A DNA stretch of 64,000 bases from Balneolaceae bacterium (GTDB taxonomy: Bacteria; Bacteroidota; Rhodothermia; Balneolales; Balneolaceae): assembly GCA_040905265.1 (NCBI GenBank), contig JBBDRW010000187.1, positions 1,993 to 65,992 of the forward strand, written 5' to 3'. A program made the translations under genes and the position numbers. Positions 45,273 to 54,755 of the stretch are shown here, piece after piece. Each line of letters opens with the position of its first letter. Positions within the stretch are counted from its first letter, which is position 1. The notes under the pieces are model-generated. The model had not been told where the DNA came from, did not search any database, and saw nothing but the letters and a program-made list of their open reading frames with translations.

Positions 45273-45623
45273 ATGACAAACGAGACTCAATATAAAGGGA
45301 AAATGGCTGAACCTCTCTCTGTTGATGTATCTAACCGGGATCAGGAATTGACCATTAAATGGGCAGATCAACATATATCTGTTTACTCACTATTTGGGCT
45401 CCGAAAGAATTGTCCATGTGTTATGTGCAGGGGCGGGCATGATCAGATGGGCCGTTTTGAGATGAGTCTCTTTTTTGTGGAACCGAATAAACGGTTTGAG
45501 ATTCGGAAGGCGGAGCCGATCGGTAACCACGCCCTGAAAATTACCTGGAGTGACGGCCATTCGTCCGGAATGTACAGATGGGATCTGTTACGAGCGATGT
45601 GCCCGCAAACACACCAGAAGTAG
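45273..45623 (+). CDS. DUF971 domain protein
   Basis: LTIKWADQHISVYSLFGLRKNCPCVMC...ALKITWSDGHSSGMY pattern. The start is ATG 45273 or 45303; the longer track ORF overlaps the divergent gene. Confidence 0.7.
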   Translation: MTNETQYKGKMAEPLSVDVSNRDQELTIKWADQHISVYSLFGLRKNCPCVMCRGGHDQMGRFEMSLFFVEPNKRFEIRKAEPIGNHALKITWSDGHSSGMYRWDLLRAMCPQTHQK

Positions 45624-45737
45624 GCTTTGTAAATCCCGAATTGCTTGTATAAAATGGTTTCGGCTATTGAATCCCAGCCTTTTTTTGTTTAGAATTGGTC
45701 TAAATTAAAACTAAAACAATATCTGTTCCAAATTTCC

Positions 45738-46763
45738 ATGAATTTTAAATCATTTTTTACCACCACGTCAATCGTCATTTGTGCCATTTTGTTAACGGGT
45801 TGTTCCGGCGAAGATCAGCTGAATATCTATTCAGCACGCCATTATGATACTGATCTGGAGCTTTACAATCAGTTTACAGAACAGACCGGTATCGAGATCC
45901 AGCTCATTGAAGGGGGAAGTGATGAGCTGATTGAAAGGATTAACAGTGAAGGGGTTAACAGCCCTGCAGACATTGTAGTTACGGTTGATGCAGGGAGGCT
46001 TTGGCGCGCACAAGAGGCTGGTGTCCTTCAGCCGGTCGAGTCAGACATACTCCATGAAGCTATTCCAGCGGAGCTAAGAGAGCCGGAAGGGCACTGGTTT
46101 GGCCTTACCCAACGTGTACGGGGAATCATCTATCATACGGATCGGGTAGATCCTTCAGAACTCCAGGGATACTGGGAATTGGGTGAAGAGCAGTGGAGTG
46201 GCCGTATCTGTATCCGTTCCTCGAGCAATATTTATAACCAGTCGCTTGTGGCATCCATGATTGAAACGTATGGTATTCAGGAGACAGAAGAGTGGGCGAA
46301 TCGGATTGTCTCCAACTTTGCCCGGGACCCGCAGGGTGGGGATACGGATCAGATCAAGGCTGTGGCTGCCGGCCAGTGTGATATTGCGGTAGCAAACCAT
46401 TACTACCTTGCCCGACTCGCCCTTTCTGAGAACAGTGAAGACCGGGAAGTAGCTGATCAGGTAGGGATCTGGTTTCCACCGGAAGAGAATGGCGGAACCC
46501 ATGTCAATATCAGTGGTGCCGGTGTCGCTGTGAACGCCCCGAACAGGGAGAATGCAATCCGGTTTCTGGAGTATCTTACACAGGAGCGGGCTCAGCAGCT
46601 TTTTGCAGGCGGTAACTATGAGTACCCGATTCATGAAGGAACCGAATTGCCGGAGATACTTCAGCAGTTCGGCAGTTTTGAGAGTGATGCGGTCAATGTA
46701 GCAGCGTACGGCAGAAACAATCCGGATGCGATTCGGTTGATGGACCGTGCCGGCTGGCGATAG
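45738..46763 (+). CDS. Fe(3+) ABC transporter substrate-binding lipoprotein (FbpA/AfuA-like)
   Basis: Lipobox LTGCS, then LNIYSARHY....L...F...TGI, typical of iron(III) SBPs. Confidence 0.85.
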   Translation: MNFKSFFTTTSIVICAILLTGCSGEDQLNIYSARHYDTDLELYNQFTEQTGIEIQLIEGGSDELIERINSEGVNSPADIVVTVDAGRLWRAQEAGVLQPVESDILHEAIPAELREPEGHWFGLTQRVRGIIYHTDRVDPSELQGYWELGEEQWSGRICIRSSSNIYNQSLVASMIETYGIQETEEWANRIVSNFARDPQGGDTDQIKAVAAGQCDIAVANHYYLARLALSENSEDREVADQVGIWFPPEENGGTHVNISGAGVAVNAPNRENAIRFLEYLTQERAQQLFAGGNYEYPIHEGTELPEILQQFGSFESDAVNVAAYGRNNPDAIRLMDRAGWR

Positions 46764-46802
46764 GGACGACCTACCCTGAGACAGTATCAGATGAAATTAC
46801 AG

Positions 46803-46855
46803 GCCCGGCCTCATTTTCCAGGAAATCAGTGGAGAAAGGGGGCCGGGCTTTTTTT
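46803..46855 (+). terminator. intrinsic terminator after the Fe(3+) SBP gene
   Basis: GCCCGGCC (46803-46810) pairs with GGCCGGGC (46841-46848) and is followed by a T7 run. Confidence 0.6.
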
Positions 46856-46930
46856 ATCAACCAACTGCAGAGTCTGTTGCCTCTCCCTTTCACCAAGGCC
46901 CGTTCAGATGGCTCAGGCAGAGGCCGGCTG

Positions 46931-47932
46931 CTATGCGTAGAGCGCGTAAAGGATCGATGCAATAACCAGGAAGTTCAGAATACTCAGAGGCAACAGTTTA
47001 CTCCAGCCCAGGTTTAGCACCTGATTGTATTTGAACCTGGGGATTGTCCAGCGAATCCAGATAAAGAAGAAGACGAAGAAGACCGTCTTGCCTGAGAATA
47101 CAGAGATGTCCAGAACCGCTTTGGCAACCGGGCTCATCTCCGGCAACCAGTAGCCGGCCAAGGGAAGGTGATAACTTCCAAAGAAGAAGGTGGTAATGAG
47201 CATGGAGTTGATTACAACATGCATATACTCTGCGAGAAAAAACATACCGAACTTCATGGAGCTGTACTCAGTATGGAATCCGCCAACAAGTTCCTGTTCT
47301 GCCTCAACGAGGTCAAACGGGGTTCGGTTGGATTCAGCAAAAGCGGCGATGATAAAGATGATGGCACCTATCGGGTTGAGGACAACAAACCACCAGTTCT
47401 CCTGGGCTGCTGCAACGTCAACCACACTCAGGGAACCGACAAAAAGAATCACCGATGCGAGTGCCATACCCAGGGGCAGCTCGTAACTGACCATCTGAGC
47501 CGCTGCACGAAGGCCTCCCAGCAGAGAATACTTGGAATTGGATGCCCAGCCGCCGAGGGTTACCCCATACACGCCGAGAGAGGCTGCAGCAAGCAGGTAG
47601 AGTACCCCTGCATTGATGTCGGTTACATAGATTCCTTCTCCAAACGGAATGACAGCTACGGTCAAAAGCGCAGTGGCAACAGGGATCATCGGTGCTGTAG
47701 CATGGAGAAATTTATGACCGTATCTTGGAGTGACATCCTCTTTCAAGAGCAGTTTCACGACGTCGGCCAGTGGCTGGAAAAGGCCCAGCGGCCCGACCCT
47801 GTTTGGCCCGACTCTGTCCTGGATAAATGCGGCGACTCTCCGTTCGGCATAGACCGTCAGAGCTGCAGAATTCAGCAGCATAAAAAGTGCCGTTCCCAAT
47901 ACTACATAGGAGTTAATGTCAGCCTCAGCCAT
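46931..47932 (-). CDS. nuoH: NADH-quinone oxidoreductase subunit H
   Basis: ERRV.A..QDR.GPNRVGP.G..QP.AD motif and 8 TM helices. Confidence 0.95.
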   Translation of the reverse strand: MAEADINSYVVLGTALFMLLNSAALTVYAERRVAAFIQDRVGPNRVGPLGLFQPLADVVKLLLKEDVTPRYGHKFLHATAPMIPVATALLTVAVIPFGEGIYVTDINAGVLYLLAAASLGVYGVTLGGWASNSKYSLLGGLRAAAQMVSYELPLGMALASVILFVGSLSVVDVAAAQENWWFVVLNPIGAIIFIIAAFAESNRTPFDLVEAEQELVGGFHTEYSSMKFGMFFLAEYMHVVINSMLITTFFFGSYHLPLAGYWLPEMSPVAKAVLDISVFSGKTVFFVFFFIWIRWTIPRFKYNQVLNLGWSKLLPLSILNFLVIASILYALYA

Positions 47933-47947
47933 ATCTTTATAAACGTT

Positions 47948-49693
47948 TTAGGATGTTACTTTTTCATTACTCAACTCCAGCTGAATGCCCATCTCCGCAT
48001 CCATTCGCTCATAGCTGATATTCTTCAGTTGGGATCTCAGGGCAGAGAGTTCTGCAAAGATTTCCCTTCCGCCTCCTTCATAGGCGATTTCGAGCCCCAG
48101 GTACTCACCAAGGTTTGACATCACATCCCACAGAGGCAGACAATCTACTTTGTTATCCTCGGTAACCCAGTTGTCAAAACTGGTACCATACCGGTCCAGG
48201 CGGCCTTCTGTCATCTCCAGATTGAGCCGCCGGTTCGTATACTTGGTCTCTTTCGCAGGAAATGTTCGCTGGATTCGGCCGTCCACATTCACATAGCTTG
48301 CCGCGTGTTCTGCCGCAGAGGTGATCGGTATTACCAGGTTGGACGCTTTTGTGGTATTGCTCTCGTTGGTTGCAAACGTCACAACAAATTTTCCTTTCAG
48401 ATCTTCCGCAGAAAGTACACCTCTGTCCAGAAGGGCATCGTTGAGTATTACAACCATCCTGATTTCAGGGTCAGATACAAGGGCTTTCAGCTTCTTGTTG
48501 CTTTTTTCTTCTGCACCTGCGAGCCTGGCGCCGTTTGTGTTTGGAGCCAGGTCATCTGTGATAAGGAATCCGTCACCCTTTCCTTTCTCAATATGTGGGG
48601 TAAAGACCGGGGAAGAGGGAATCCCGAGGAGATTGGCAAATTTTTGCAGCAGGTAGTTCTCTTCAACAGATGCGTGAGGGCTTCCAATTAAAAGGATCTC
48701 ATCAGAATTGAACGACTCTGCCTGTTCGGCAAAAGTCATGAATGCATTTTTCCAGGAGGTTTTTACCTGCTCTTTTTTGTCGAGGAGTAGAGTTGGCCGG
48801 GAGACACGGTTTTCATTAAAAATCTTGTAGGCTTCCCGCCCTTCATCCGGCATCCAGTAGTCATTTACAGAAGGGTTCTGTCGCGGTGTAATGCGGAGTA
48901 TCAGGTTATCTCTTGTCCAGAGATCGATATTGCACCCTTTCCCATTAGTGATATCAATTCCAGGTGTCTGGTTCATCTCCCAGACACGTGCGCGAAAGCG
49001 GAAATCTGCAGAGGTCAGAGCTCCAACCGGACAGATATCAACGGTATTCAGAGAGTAGGGGTCATTAAACGTTTCGCCCGGAATGGTTGTCGGATAGTTT
49101 TTGTCTCCCCGTTTGGTAATGGTTAACTGATGGGTTTCACTAATCTCATCCGTGAACCGGACACATCGGGTGCAGTTGATACAGCGTTCAGCATCAAGGA
49201 TCACTCTCGGGCCAAGCTGAACTCTTTTCGGTTTGTGCACCTTGTTAACCTCAAAACGGCTCCCTTCAGGGCCGAACTTATAGGTCTGGATCTGAAGCGG
49301 ACACTCACCGGCCTGGTCACAGATCGGGCAATCCAGAGGGTGGTTAATCAGGATAAATTCGAGGTTATCTTTTTGGGCACGTTCAACCAGTTCGTCTGTC
49401 TCCTGGGTCAGTACAACCATTCCGTCTGAGACGTCTGTACTGCAGGAGGTTTGAAGCTTTGGAAACCAGCGGATGACCCGTTCACCGTTGTCGTCCAGTT
49501 CATATTCACCGGTTTCACGATCCTGTACAGGCTGACCGACTTTGACCATACACTGTCTGCAGTTGGCAGGAATCGACATCGAGGGGTGATAGCAGAAGTA
49601 GGGGATATCCAGACCGTTGTCCATCATGAACTGGAGCAGCTTGGGCCTTCCCTCAAACTCGTATCGTTTGTCGTCAATAAAAACTTCAGGCAT
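47948..49693 (-). CDS. nuoG: NADH-quinone oxidoreductase subunit G (short form)
   Basis: 2Fe-2S (CYHP...CRQC) and 4Fe-4S (HPLDCPICDQAGEC, C.NC.RCVR) motifs. Confidence 0.9.
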   Translation of the reverse strand: MPEVFIDDKRYEFEGRPKLLQFMMDNGLDIPYFCYHPSMSIPANCRQCMVKVGQPVQDRETGEYELDDNGERVIRWFPKLQTSCSTDVSDGMVVLTQETDELVERAQKDNLEFILINHPLDCPICDQAGECPLQIQTYKFGPEGSRFEVNKVHKPKRVQLGPRVILDAERCINCTRCVRFTDEISETHQLTITKRGDKNYPTTIPGETFNDPYSLNTVDICPVGALTSADFRFRARVWEMNQTPGIDITNGKGCNIDLWTRDNLILRITPRQNPSVNDYWMPDEGREAYKIFNENRVSRPTLLLDKKEQVKTSWKNAFMTFAEQAESFNSDEILLIGSPHASVEENYLLQKFANLLGIPSSPVFTPHIEKGKGDGFLITDDLAPNTNGARLAGAEEKSNKKLKALVSDPEIRMVVILNDALLDRGVLSAEDLKGKFVVTFATNESNTTKASNLVIPITSAAEHAASYVNVDGRIQRTFPAKETKYTNRRLNLEMTEGRLDRYGTSFDNWVTEDNKVDCLPLWDVMSNLGEYLGLEIAYEGGGREIFAELSALRSQLKNISYERMDAEMGIQLELSNEKVTS

Positions 49694-49811
49694 CGGTCTA
49701 CAATCGGTTAACAGTTGATGTTATGGCTGTGGGCTGTGAAAAGTCAATAGGCAAAAGTAAAAGATGACAGCGGTTCAGTGTTGACTCAGTTATGATATAG
49801 GTCTCATGCAA

Positions 49812-51098
49812 TTATGCTACCGCGTGGGTTCGTTTCTTGCATCGTGCTTCAAACTCATCCCGAAACCGGTTGATGGTGTGCCGGACCGGCCAGGCTGCTG
49901 CGTCTGCCAGGGCGCAAATGGTTCTCCCCTCCATCTGGGTCGTCAGATCCAGCAGCAGATCGAGATCTTTGACTTCCCCCTCACCGTTTTTGATCCTCAA
50001 AAGTATTTTCTCCAGCCATCCGGTTCCTTCCCGGCAGGGGGTGCATTGGCCACACGATTCGTGGTGATAAAAGTGAGCGATTCTCCACAGGAGATCGATC
50101 ATATCGGTATCTTCATCCAAAACGACCATCCCGGCGGTACCCAGCATGGAGCCTGCATCCCGGAGCGAGTCACTGTCCATGGTTACATTCTCGAGCTGAT
50201 CGGCCCGAAGGATTGGGGTGGAGGAGCCACCCGGGATAATCGCTTTGAGTTTTTTCCCATTTCGGATTCCGCCTGCCACCTCTTCAATAAGTTCCAGTGC
50301 AGGTACACCGGACGGATACTCATAGACACCCGGCCGGTTCACATGCCCGGAGATACCGTAGAGAACCGGGCCAGGATGGTTTTTGGCTCCAATTCCGCTG
50401 AACCAGTCAGCTCCACGGCGAATCACGTTGGGCACATGAGAGAGTGTCTCAATATTATTGATTGTCGTCGGCCGCCCCCAGAGCCCCTTCTGTGCCGGGA
50501 AGGGTGGCTTCACCCGTGGATATCCCCGTTTACCTTCGAGGGATTCAAGCATGGAAGTCTCCTCTCCGCAGATATAGGCACCGGCTCCGGAGTGGCTGTA
50601 GAATTCGACACTGAAATCACTGCCCAGTATATTCTTGCCGATGTAGCCCGCTTTTCTTGCGTCTTCGAGAGCGTTGTCCACTATCCGGATCCAGTCAGTA
50701 TATTCACCGCGTATATAGACATAGATGGTGGAACACTGCATCGCATAGGCGGCGATCAGCGCTCCCTCTATGAAGATATGAGGGTTCTTCTCAAAGATCA
50801 TCCGGTCCTTGAAGGTTCCCGGTTCAGACTCGTCTCCGTTACAGGCGAGATAGCGTGGCCCTCCGTCGGGCGCCGGCATGAAGGACCATTTGAGCCCGGC
50901 ATTAAAGCCGGCTCCGCCCCGCCCGCGGATATTGGCGGCTTTCACTTCATCAATTACGGCCTTTGGCGACCATTTTTCCTCTTTTACAACTTTTTCAAAC
51001 GCTTCATAGCCGCCATGTTTCCGGTAGACTTCAATGTCATGAAGGTTTGGAATGTTGGGAAGCAGTACGGGTTCGAATGATCTCCAGTCTGATGACAT
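49812..51098 (-). CDS. nuoF: NADH-quinone oxidoreductase subunit F
   Basis: GRGGAGF FMN site, CNGDESEPGT, and ESCGQCTPCREG. Confidence 0.95.
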   Translation of the reverse strand: MSSDWRSFEPVLLPNIPNLHDIEVYRKHGGYEAFEKVVKEEKWSPKAVIDEVKAANIRGRGGAGFNAGLKWSFMPAPDGGPRYLACNGDESEPGTFKDRMIFEKNPHIFIEGALIAAYAMQCSTIYVYIRGEYTDWIRIVDNALEDARKAGYIGKNILGSDFSVEFYSHSGAGAYICGEETSMLESLEGKRGYPRVKPPFPAQKGLWGRPTTINNIETLSHVPNVIRRGADWFSGIGAKNHPGPVLYGISGHVNRPGVYEYPSGVPALELIEEVAGGIRNGKKLKAIIPGGSSTPILRADQLENVTMDSDSLRDAGSMLGTAGMVVLDEDTDMIDLLWRIAHFYHHESCGQCTPCREGTGWLEKILLRIKNGEGEVKDLDLLLDLTTQMEGRTICALADAAAWPVRHTINRFRDEFEARCKKRTHAVA

Positions 51099-51106
51099 AT
51101 CGATTC

Positions 51107-51643
51107 CTATTTCTCTTCTGTTTGATGCTGCGGCATTTCCATTGCTTCGAAATCAGGCAATTTGCCATTCCGGAGTTTGCCAATGACTTCGTCTGTTTTC
51201 TCTTTCGTCAGATGATTTACATAGACACCGTTGGTAATCTGCATCATCGGTGCATACCCACAGGCACCCAGGCACTCCACCTGCTGTATAGAGAAGAGGC
51301 CGTCTTCGGTCGTTTCTCCGGCTTTGATGCCGAGCGTCTGCTCCAGATGGTGAAGGATCTCATACCCGCCACAAACCTGACAACTCAGGCAGGTGCAGAC
51401 ATCCAGTACAAATTTCCCTTTCTTCTCCTTATAGTACTGAGTGTAAAATTCAGCTACTCCGTGTACATGGGATTCCGGCAACCCAAGGGTCTTCGCTACC
51501 AGTTTTTGCACGTCGGGGTCGACATGCCCGAACTTTTTCTGAGCAATCCAGAGTACCGGAAGGGTTGCCGGTTTTACTTCCGGGAACCGGGATTTGATCG
51601 TTTCAATCTCGTTTAGCTCTTCTTTAGTAAATTGGTATTCCAT
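51107..51643 (-). CDS. nuoE: NADH-quinone oxidoreductase subunit E
   Basis: 2Fe-2S cysteines C.C..C....CLGAC. Confidence 0.92.
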   Translation of the reverse strand: MEYQFTKEELNEIETIKSRFPEVKPATLPVLWIAQKKFGHVDPDVQKLVAKTLGLPESHVHGVAEFYTQYYKEKKGKFVLDVCTCLSCQVCGGYEILHHLEQTLGIKAGETTEDGLFSIQQVECLGACGYAPMMQITNGVYVNHLTKEKTDEVIGKLRNGKLPDFEAMEMPQHQTEEK

Positions 51644-51648
51644 AGTCG

Positions 51649-52941
51649 TTATTTGTCTGCTTCTCCCATTACAGGGTCAATGCCCCCGATGATCACCACT
51701 GTGTCCGCAACCATCTCCCCGTCCAGAATGTTCTCCAGAACCTGCAGGTTTGTGAAGGAGGGGGAGTTGATCTTAAGCCTCCAGGGGTGGCCGGTGCCGT
51801 CACTCTGAATAAAATACCCGAGCTCTCCTTTGGGTGCTTCCACCGCGTGGTAAACTTCTGCCCCTTCTGGCGGGCAGATTCCGGTATCGGTCATCATAAA
51901 GTCATGAATCATTCCCTCCATCGAGTAATAGACTTCATCTTTGGAAGGGTAGGCTTGCTTGGCATTATCAGTCCTGACCGGGCCTTTCGGCATCTTATCC
52001 AGGCACTGGCGGACGATCCGTATACTCTCGTGCATCTCTTCCATTCGTACGTAGTAACGAGCCAGATTATCTCCTTCCAGCCGGGTCGGTACGTCGAATT
52101 CAACGTCATCATACCGGGCATAGGGCTGAAATTTACGGATGTCAAAGGCATAGCCGGAAGCGCGCAGGACAGGGCCTGTGGCACCGATCTGAAGCGCATC
52201 TTCTGTGCGGAGAACCCCGATATTCTCATTCCGGTCAAAAAAGATCCGGTTTCTGTCGAGAAGCTTGTGATAGTTATTCAGTTCGTCCGGGAACGACTCG
52301 ATGAACTCTTTGATAATGGCAACGGCATCGGGGGTCATATCATTGGCAACCCCGCCGATTCGTGCATGGGAGACTGTGAACCGGTGGCCGGTCAGCTGAT
52401 CCATGATGTCATAGATCTTTTCCCGTTCCCGAAATGTCCAGATAAAGAATGAGATTGCCCCGGCATCCATCACCATGGTTCCGAGCCAGAGGAGGTGTGA
52501 AGAGATACGTGCCAGCTCACAACCGATCATCCGGATGTAGTGTGCACGTTCCGGTACCTCAACGGACGCAATTTTCTCTACGGCTGTGCAGAGGGCGACG
52601 TTATTACTATAGGGGGAGAGGTAGTCCATCCGGTCAGTGTAGGGCATGAACTCCTGGTAGGTCTTGTTCTCCGCTATTTTTTCGACCCCTCTGTGCAGAT
52701 ATCCGATGTCGAGTTTGACCTTCTCGATCGTCTCGCCCCGTAACTGGAGGACAAGCCGCAACACGCCGTGTGTGGCCGGGTGTTGCGGCCCCATATTCAG
52801 GATCATCTTCGCGTCCAGGGGGTCACCGTCATCGAGTGCTTCAACGGTTGTATGTTTGTCCTCCAGGCTTTGATAGAGTTTCTTCTGATGCTCTTTGAAG
52901 AACGTTGGATCTACCCTGGATGTGATGTCAGTTAATTTCAT
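51649..52941 (-). CDS. nuoD: NADH-quinone oxidoreductase subunit D
   Basis: NMGPQHPATHGVLRL and YLHRG.EK motifs. Confidence 0.95.
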   Translation of the reverse strand: MKLTDITSRVDPTFFKEHQKKLYQSLEDKHTTVEALDDGDPLDAKMILNMGPQHPATHGVLRLVLQLRGETIEKVKLDIGYLHRGVEKIAENKTYQEFMPYTDRMDYLSPYSNNVALCTAVEKIASVEVPERAHYIRMIGCELARISSHLLWLGTMVMDAGAISFFIWTFREREKIYDIMDQLTGHRFTVSHARIGGVANDMTPDAVAIIKEFIESFPDELNNYHKLLDRNRIFFDRNENIGVLRTEDALQIGATGPVLRASGYAFDIRKFQPYARYDDVEFDVPTRLEGDNLARYYVRMEEMHESIRIVRQCLDKMPKGPVRTDNAKQAYPSKDEVYYSMEGMIHDFMMTDTGICPPEGAEVYHAVEAPKGELGYFIQSDGTGHPWRLKINSPSFTNLQVLENILDGEMVADTVVIIGGIDPVMGEADK

Positions 52942-52952
52942 GGGAATTGCGC

Positions 52953-53465
52953 TTAATCCGAATCAGGGGTTGTACTTGGCATTTCAATCGAGCCGGGGAT
53001 ACCCAGAAGGGGAAACTCCTTTCGGAGAGGGAAGTAGTTGTAATCTTCGGGCATATAGATGCGCCGGAAATCGGGGTGGTTCCGGAACCGTATTCCGAAC
53101 ATATCGTATACTTCACGCTCAAACCAGTTGGCGGCTTTCCAGATTCCGGAAACGGAGTCAATTTCCGGATCTTCTTCACCAAGCCACACTTTCAAAAAGA
53201 GCCGTTGACGATCCCGGAAGGAGAGGAGGTTGTAGATCACTTCAAACCGGTCGGTGGAGGTGTACCTGTCAGTACCAAAGAGATCTGCCAGATAGATGAA
53301 CCGGTGCTCATCGTGAAGAAACCGGCAGACATCCAAAAGGGATGCCGGTTTGATTCTGACGAACGTTGACCCCGTTGATTCATAGATATCCAGTACCGGG
53401 TCGGAAAATGAATCTGACAGGCTCTCTAGCACTTGTTGTAACGCTGGGGTTCGATCTGGTTCCAT
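52953..53465 (-). CDS. nuoC: NADH-quinone oxidoreductase subunit C
   Basis: ANWFEREVYDMFGI.F..HPD motif. Confidence 0.9.
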   Translation of the reverse strand: MEPDRTPALQQVLESLSDSFSDPVLDIYESTGSTFVRIKPASLLDVCRFLHDEHRFIYLADLFGTDRYTSTDRFEVIYNLLSFRDRQRLFLKVWLGEEDPEIDSVSGIWKAANWFEREVYDMFGIRFRNHPDFRRIYMPEDYNYFPLRKEFPLLGIPGSIEMPSTTPDSD

Positions 53466-53528
53466 CCGGATTCGTTCAGTTGATTGGTTTAGAGATATTC
53501 AATGAGATTGATTTTCTTGATGCACGGT

Positions 53529-54011
53529 TTATTGGTCCAGCATCACGGTGTGTTCAGTACGAATCTTGTCCTGGATTTTCATCAGGGCATGAAGAAGTGC
53601 GTCAGGCCGCGGCGGACATCCGGAAATATAGGCATCTACAGGCAGGAAATTGTCGACCCCCTGTACGACTCCGTAACAACGGTGCATGCCACCGGTAGAG
53701 GCACAGGCTCCCATAGCGATGCACCATTTTGGGTCCGGCATCTGATCCCAGATTCTGCGTATGGCGTGGGACATCTTGTAGTTACACCATCCGGCTACGA
53801 TCATGACGTCACTTTGGCGGGGTGAAAATCTCATCACCTCGGAACCGAAGCGGGAGGCATCATACCTGGGCCCTGCAAATGCCATCATCTCAATAGCGCA
53901 ACAGGCCAGCCCCATTGGCATCGGCCAGGCTGCATTGGAGCGTGCCCAGTTTACCAGTGAGTCAATACGAGTTGTCAGATATCCTTCACCTAGTGCGCTT
54001 TCCAGTCCCAT
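53529..54011 (-). CDS. nuoB: NADH-quinone oxidoreductase subunit B
   Basis: GLACCAIEM and GCPPRP motifs. Confidence 0.95.
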   Translation of the reverse strand: MGLESALGEGYLTTRIDSLVNWARSNAAWPMPMGLACCAIEMMAFAGPRYDASRFGSEVMRFSPRQSDVMIVAGWCNYKMSHAIRRIWDQMPDPKWCIAMGACASTGGMHRCYGVVQGVDNFLPVDAYISGCPPRPDALLHALMKIQDKIRTEHTVMLDQ

Positions 54012-54120
54012 AAAGTTCGTTCTTTCAATGTTAGATCGGGCAAATCCCGGTTATAATTGCTGATTCCAGCCACACGGCGTTTATACCCTGGATGGTGTTT
54101 CTTGACGGGTGTTCGTATAT

Positions 54121-54513
54121 CTATGCCGGTTGAGAGCGTTGTGTTAATGCCGGTTTCACTTCAATATCCACAGTGCCCTTTTTCAATGTATACGCGAGTC
54201 CAACAAACAGAATGATGATGAATACCACCATGGCCACAAAAGCTCCAAAATCCAGTTCCATAAATCGAACAGCCCACGGGTAGATAAATACAACTTCCAG
54301 GTCAAAAACAATGAATTCCATGGCCACCAGGTAAAATCCGATAGAGTAGCGTTCGTTTGCCCGGCCTACCGGATCCATGCCGCTTTCATAGGGATTCAGT
54401 TTGTTTCTATTAGGGCGAAGGGGGCCGAGAGCACTGGAGAGGGTCATTAGCAGGAGGGCCAGGACCAATGCGACACCAATCAGAATGACTATGGGAAAAT
54501 AGTTTTCAAGCAT
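54121..54513 (-). CDS. nuoA: NADH-quinone oxidoreductase subunit A
   Basis: YESG....G.A...F...FY..A..F..FD.E motif. Start trimmed to ATG 54513 (MLENYF). Confidence 0.9.
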   Translation of the reverse strand: MLENYFPIVILIGVALVLALLLMTLSSALGPLRPNRNKLNPYESGMDPVGRANERYSIGFYLVAMEFIVFDLEVVFIYPWAVRFMELDFGAFVAMVVFIIILFVGLAYTLKKGTVDIEVKPALTQRSQPA

Positions 54514-54724
54514 GAATATGTATTCCGTTTGCGTAAAAAAAGGTACTGTACTTCTCAACCGGCAGATACAGAAAACGGGCCTGGTTCGTCAAAACCTTTT
54601 GATCCTGAAAATTACCGCCGTCTAACCGGAATGTCAACGTTTTTACTGTCCGGAATATAGGGTTTCTCCATCTGAAAAGCGGAAGGTGACGGTGGAAAAA
54701 TCTTATTTAGATCGGGTATAAAGT

Positions 54725-54740
54725 AGAATACGGAATAGAG
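54725..54740 (-). repeat. 16-nt intergenic repeat CTCTATTCCGTATTCT (copy 2)
   Basis: Exact reverse complement of 10928-10943. It lies 16 nt downstream of the PBP1A stop, sense-oriented, upstream of nuoA, and is followed by ACTT-TATACC. Confidence 0.7.
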
Positions 54741-54755
54741 GAGCGATTACACCTG

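Noticed and set aside
49806-51080. A 424-aa ORF antisense to the whole of nuoF. Similar long antisense ORFs lie opposite nuoH (47168-48118), the crtI-like gene (2340-3230), the DUF885 gene (38617-39372), the heme-binding gene (21560-22255) and nuoD (51787-52452).
   Set aside because: Each lies in the mirror frame of a gene with unmistakable conserved motifs. The translations are low-complexity and rich in R, G, P and S, with no motif I recognise. Such shadow ORFs are expected where the sense strand avoids the codons TTA, CTA and TCA. Only Ribo-seq or conservation of the antisense frame independent of the sense frame would change this view.
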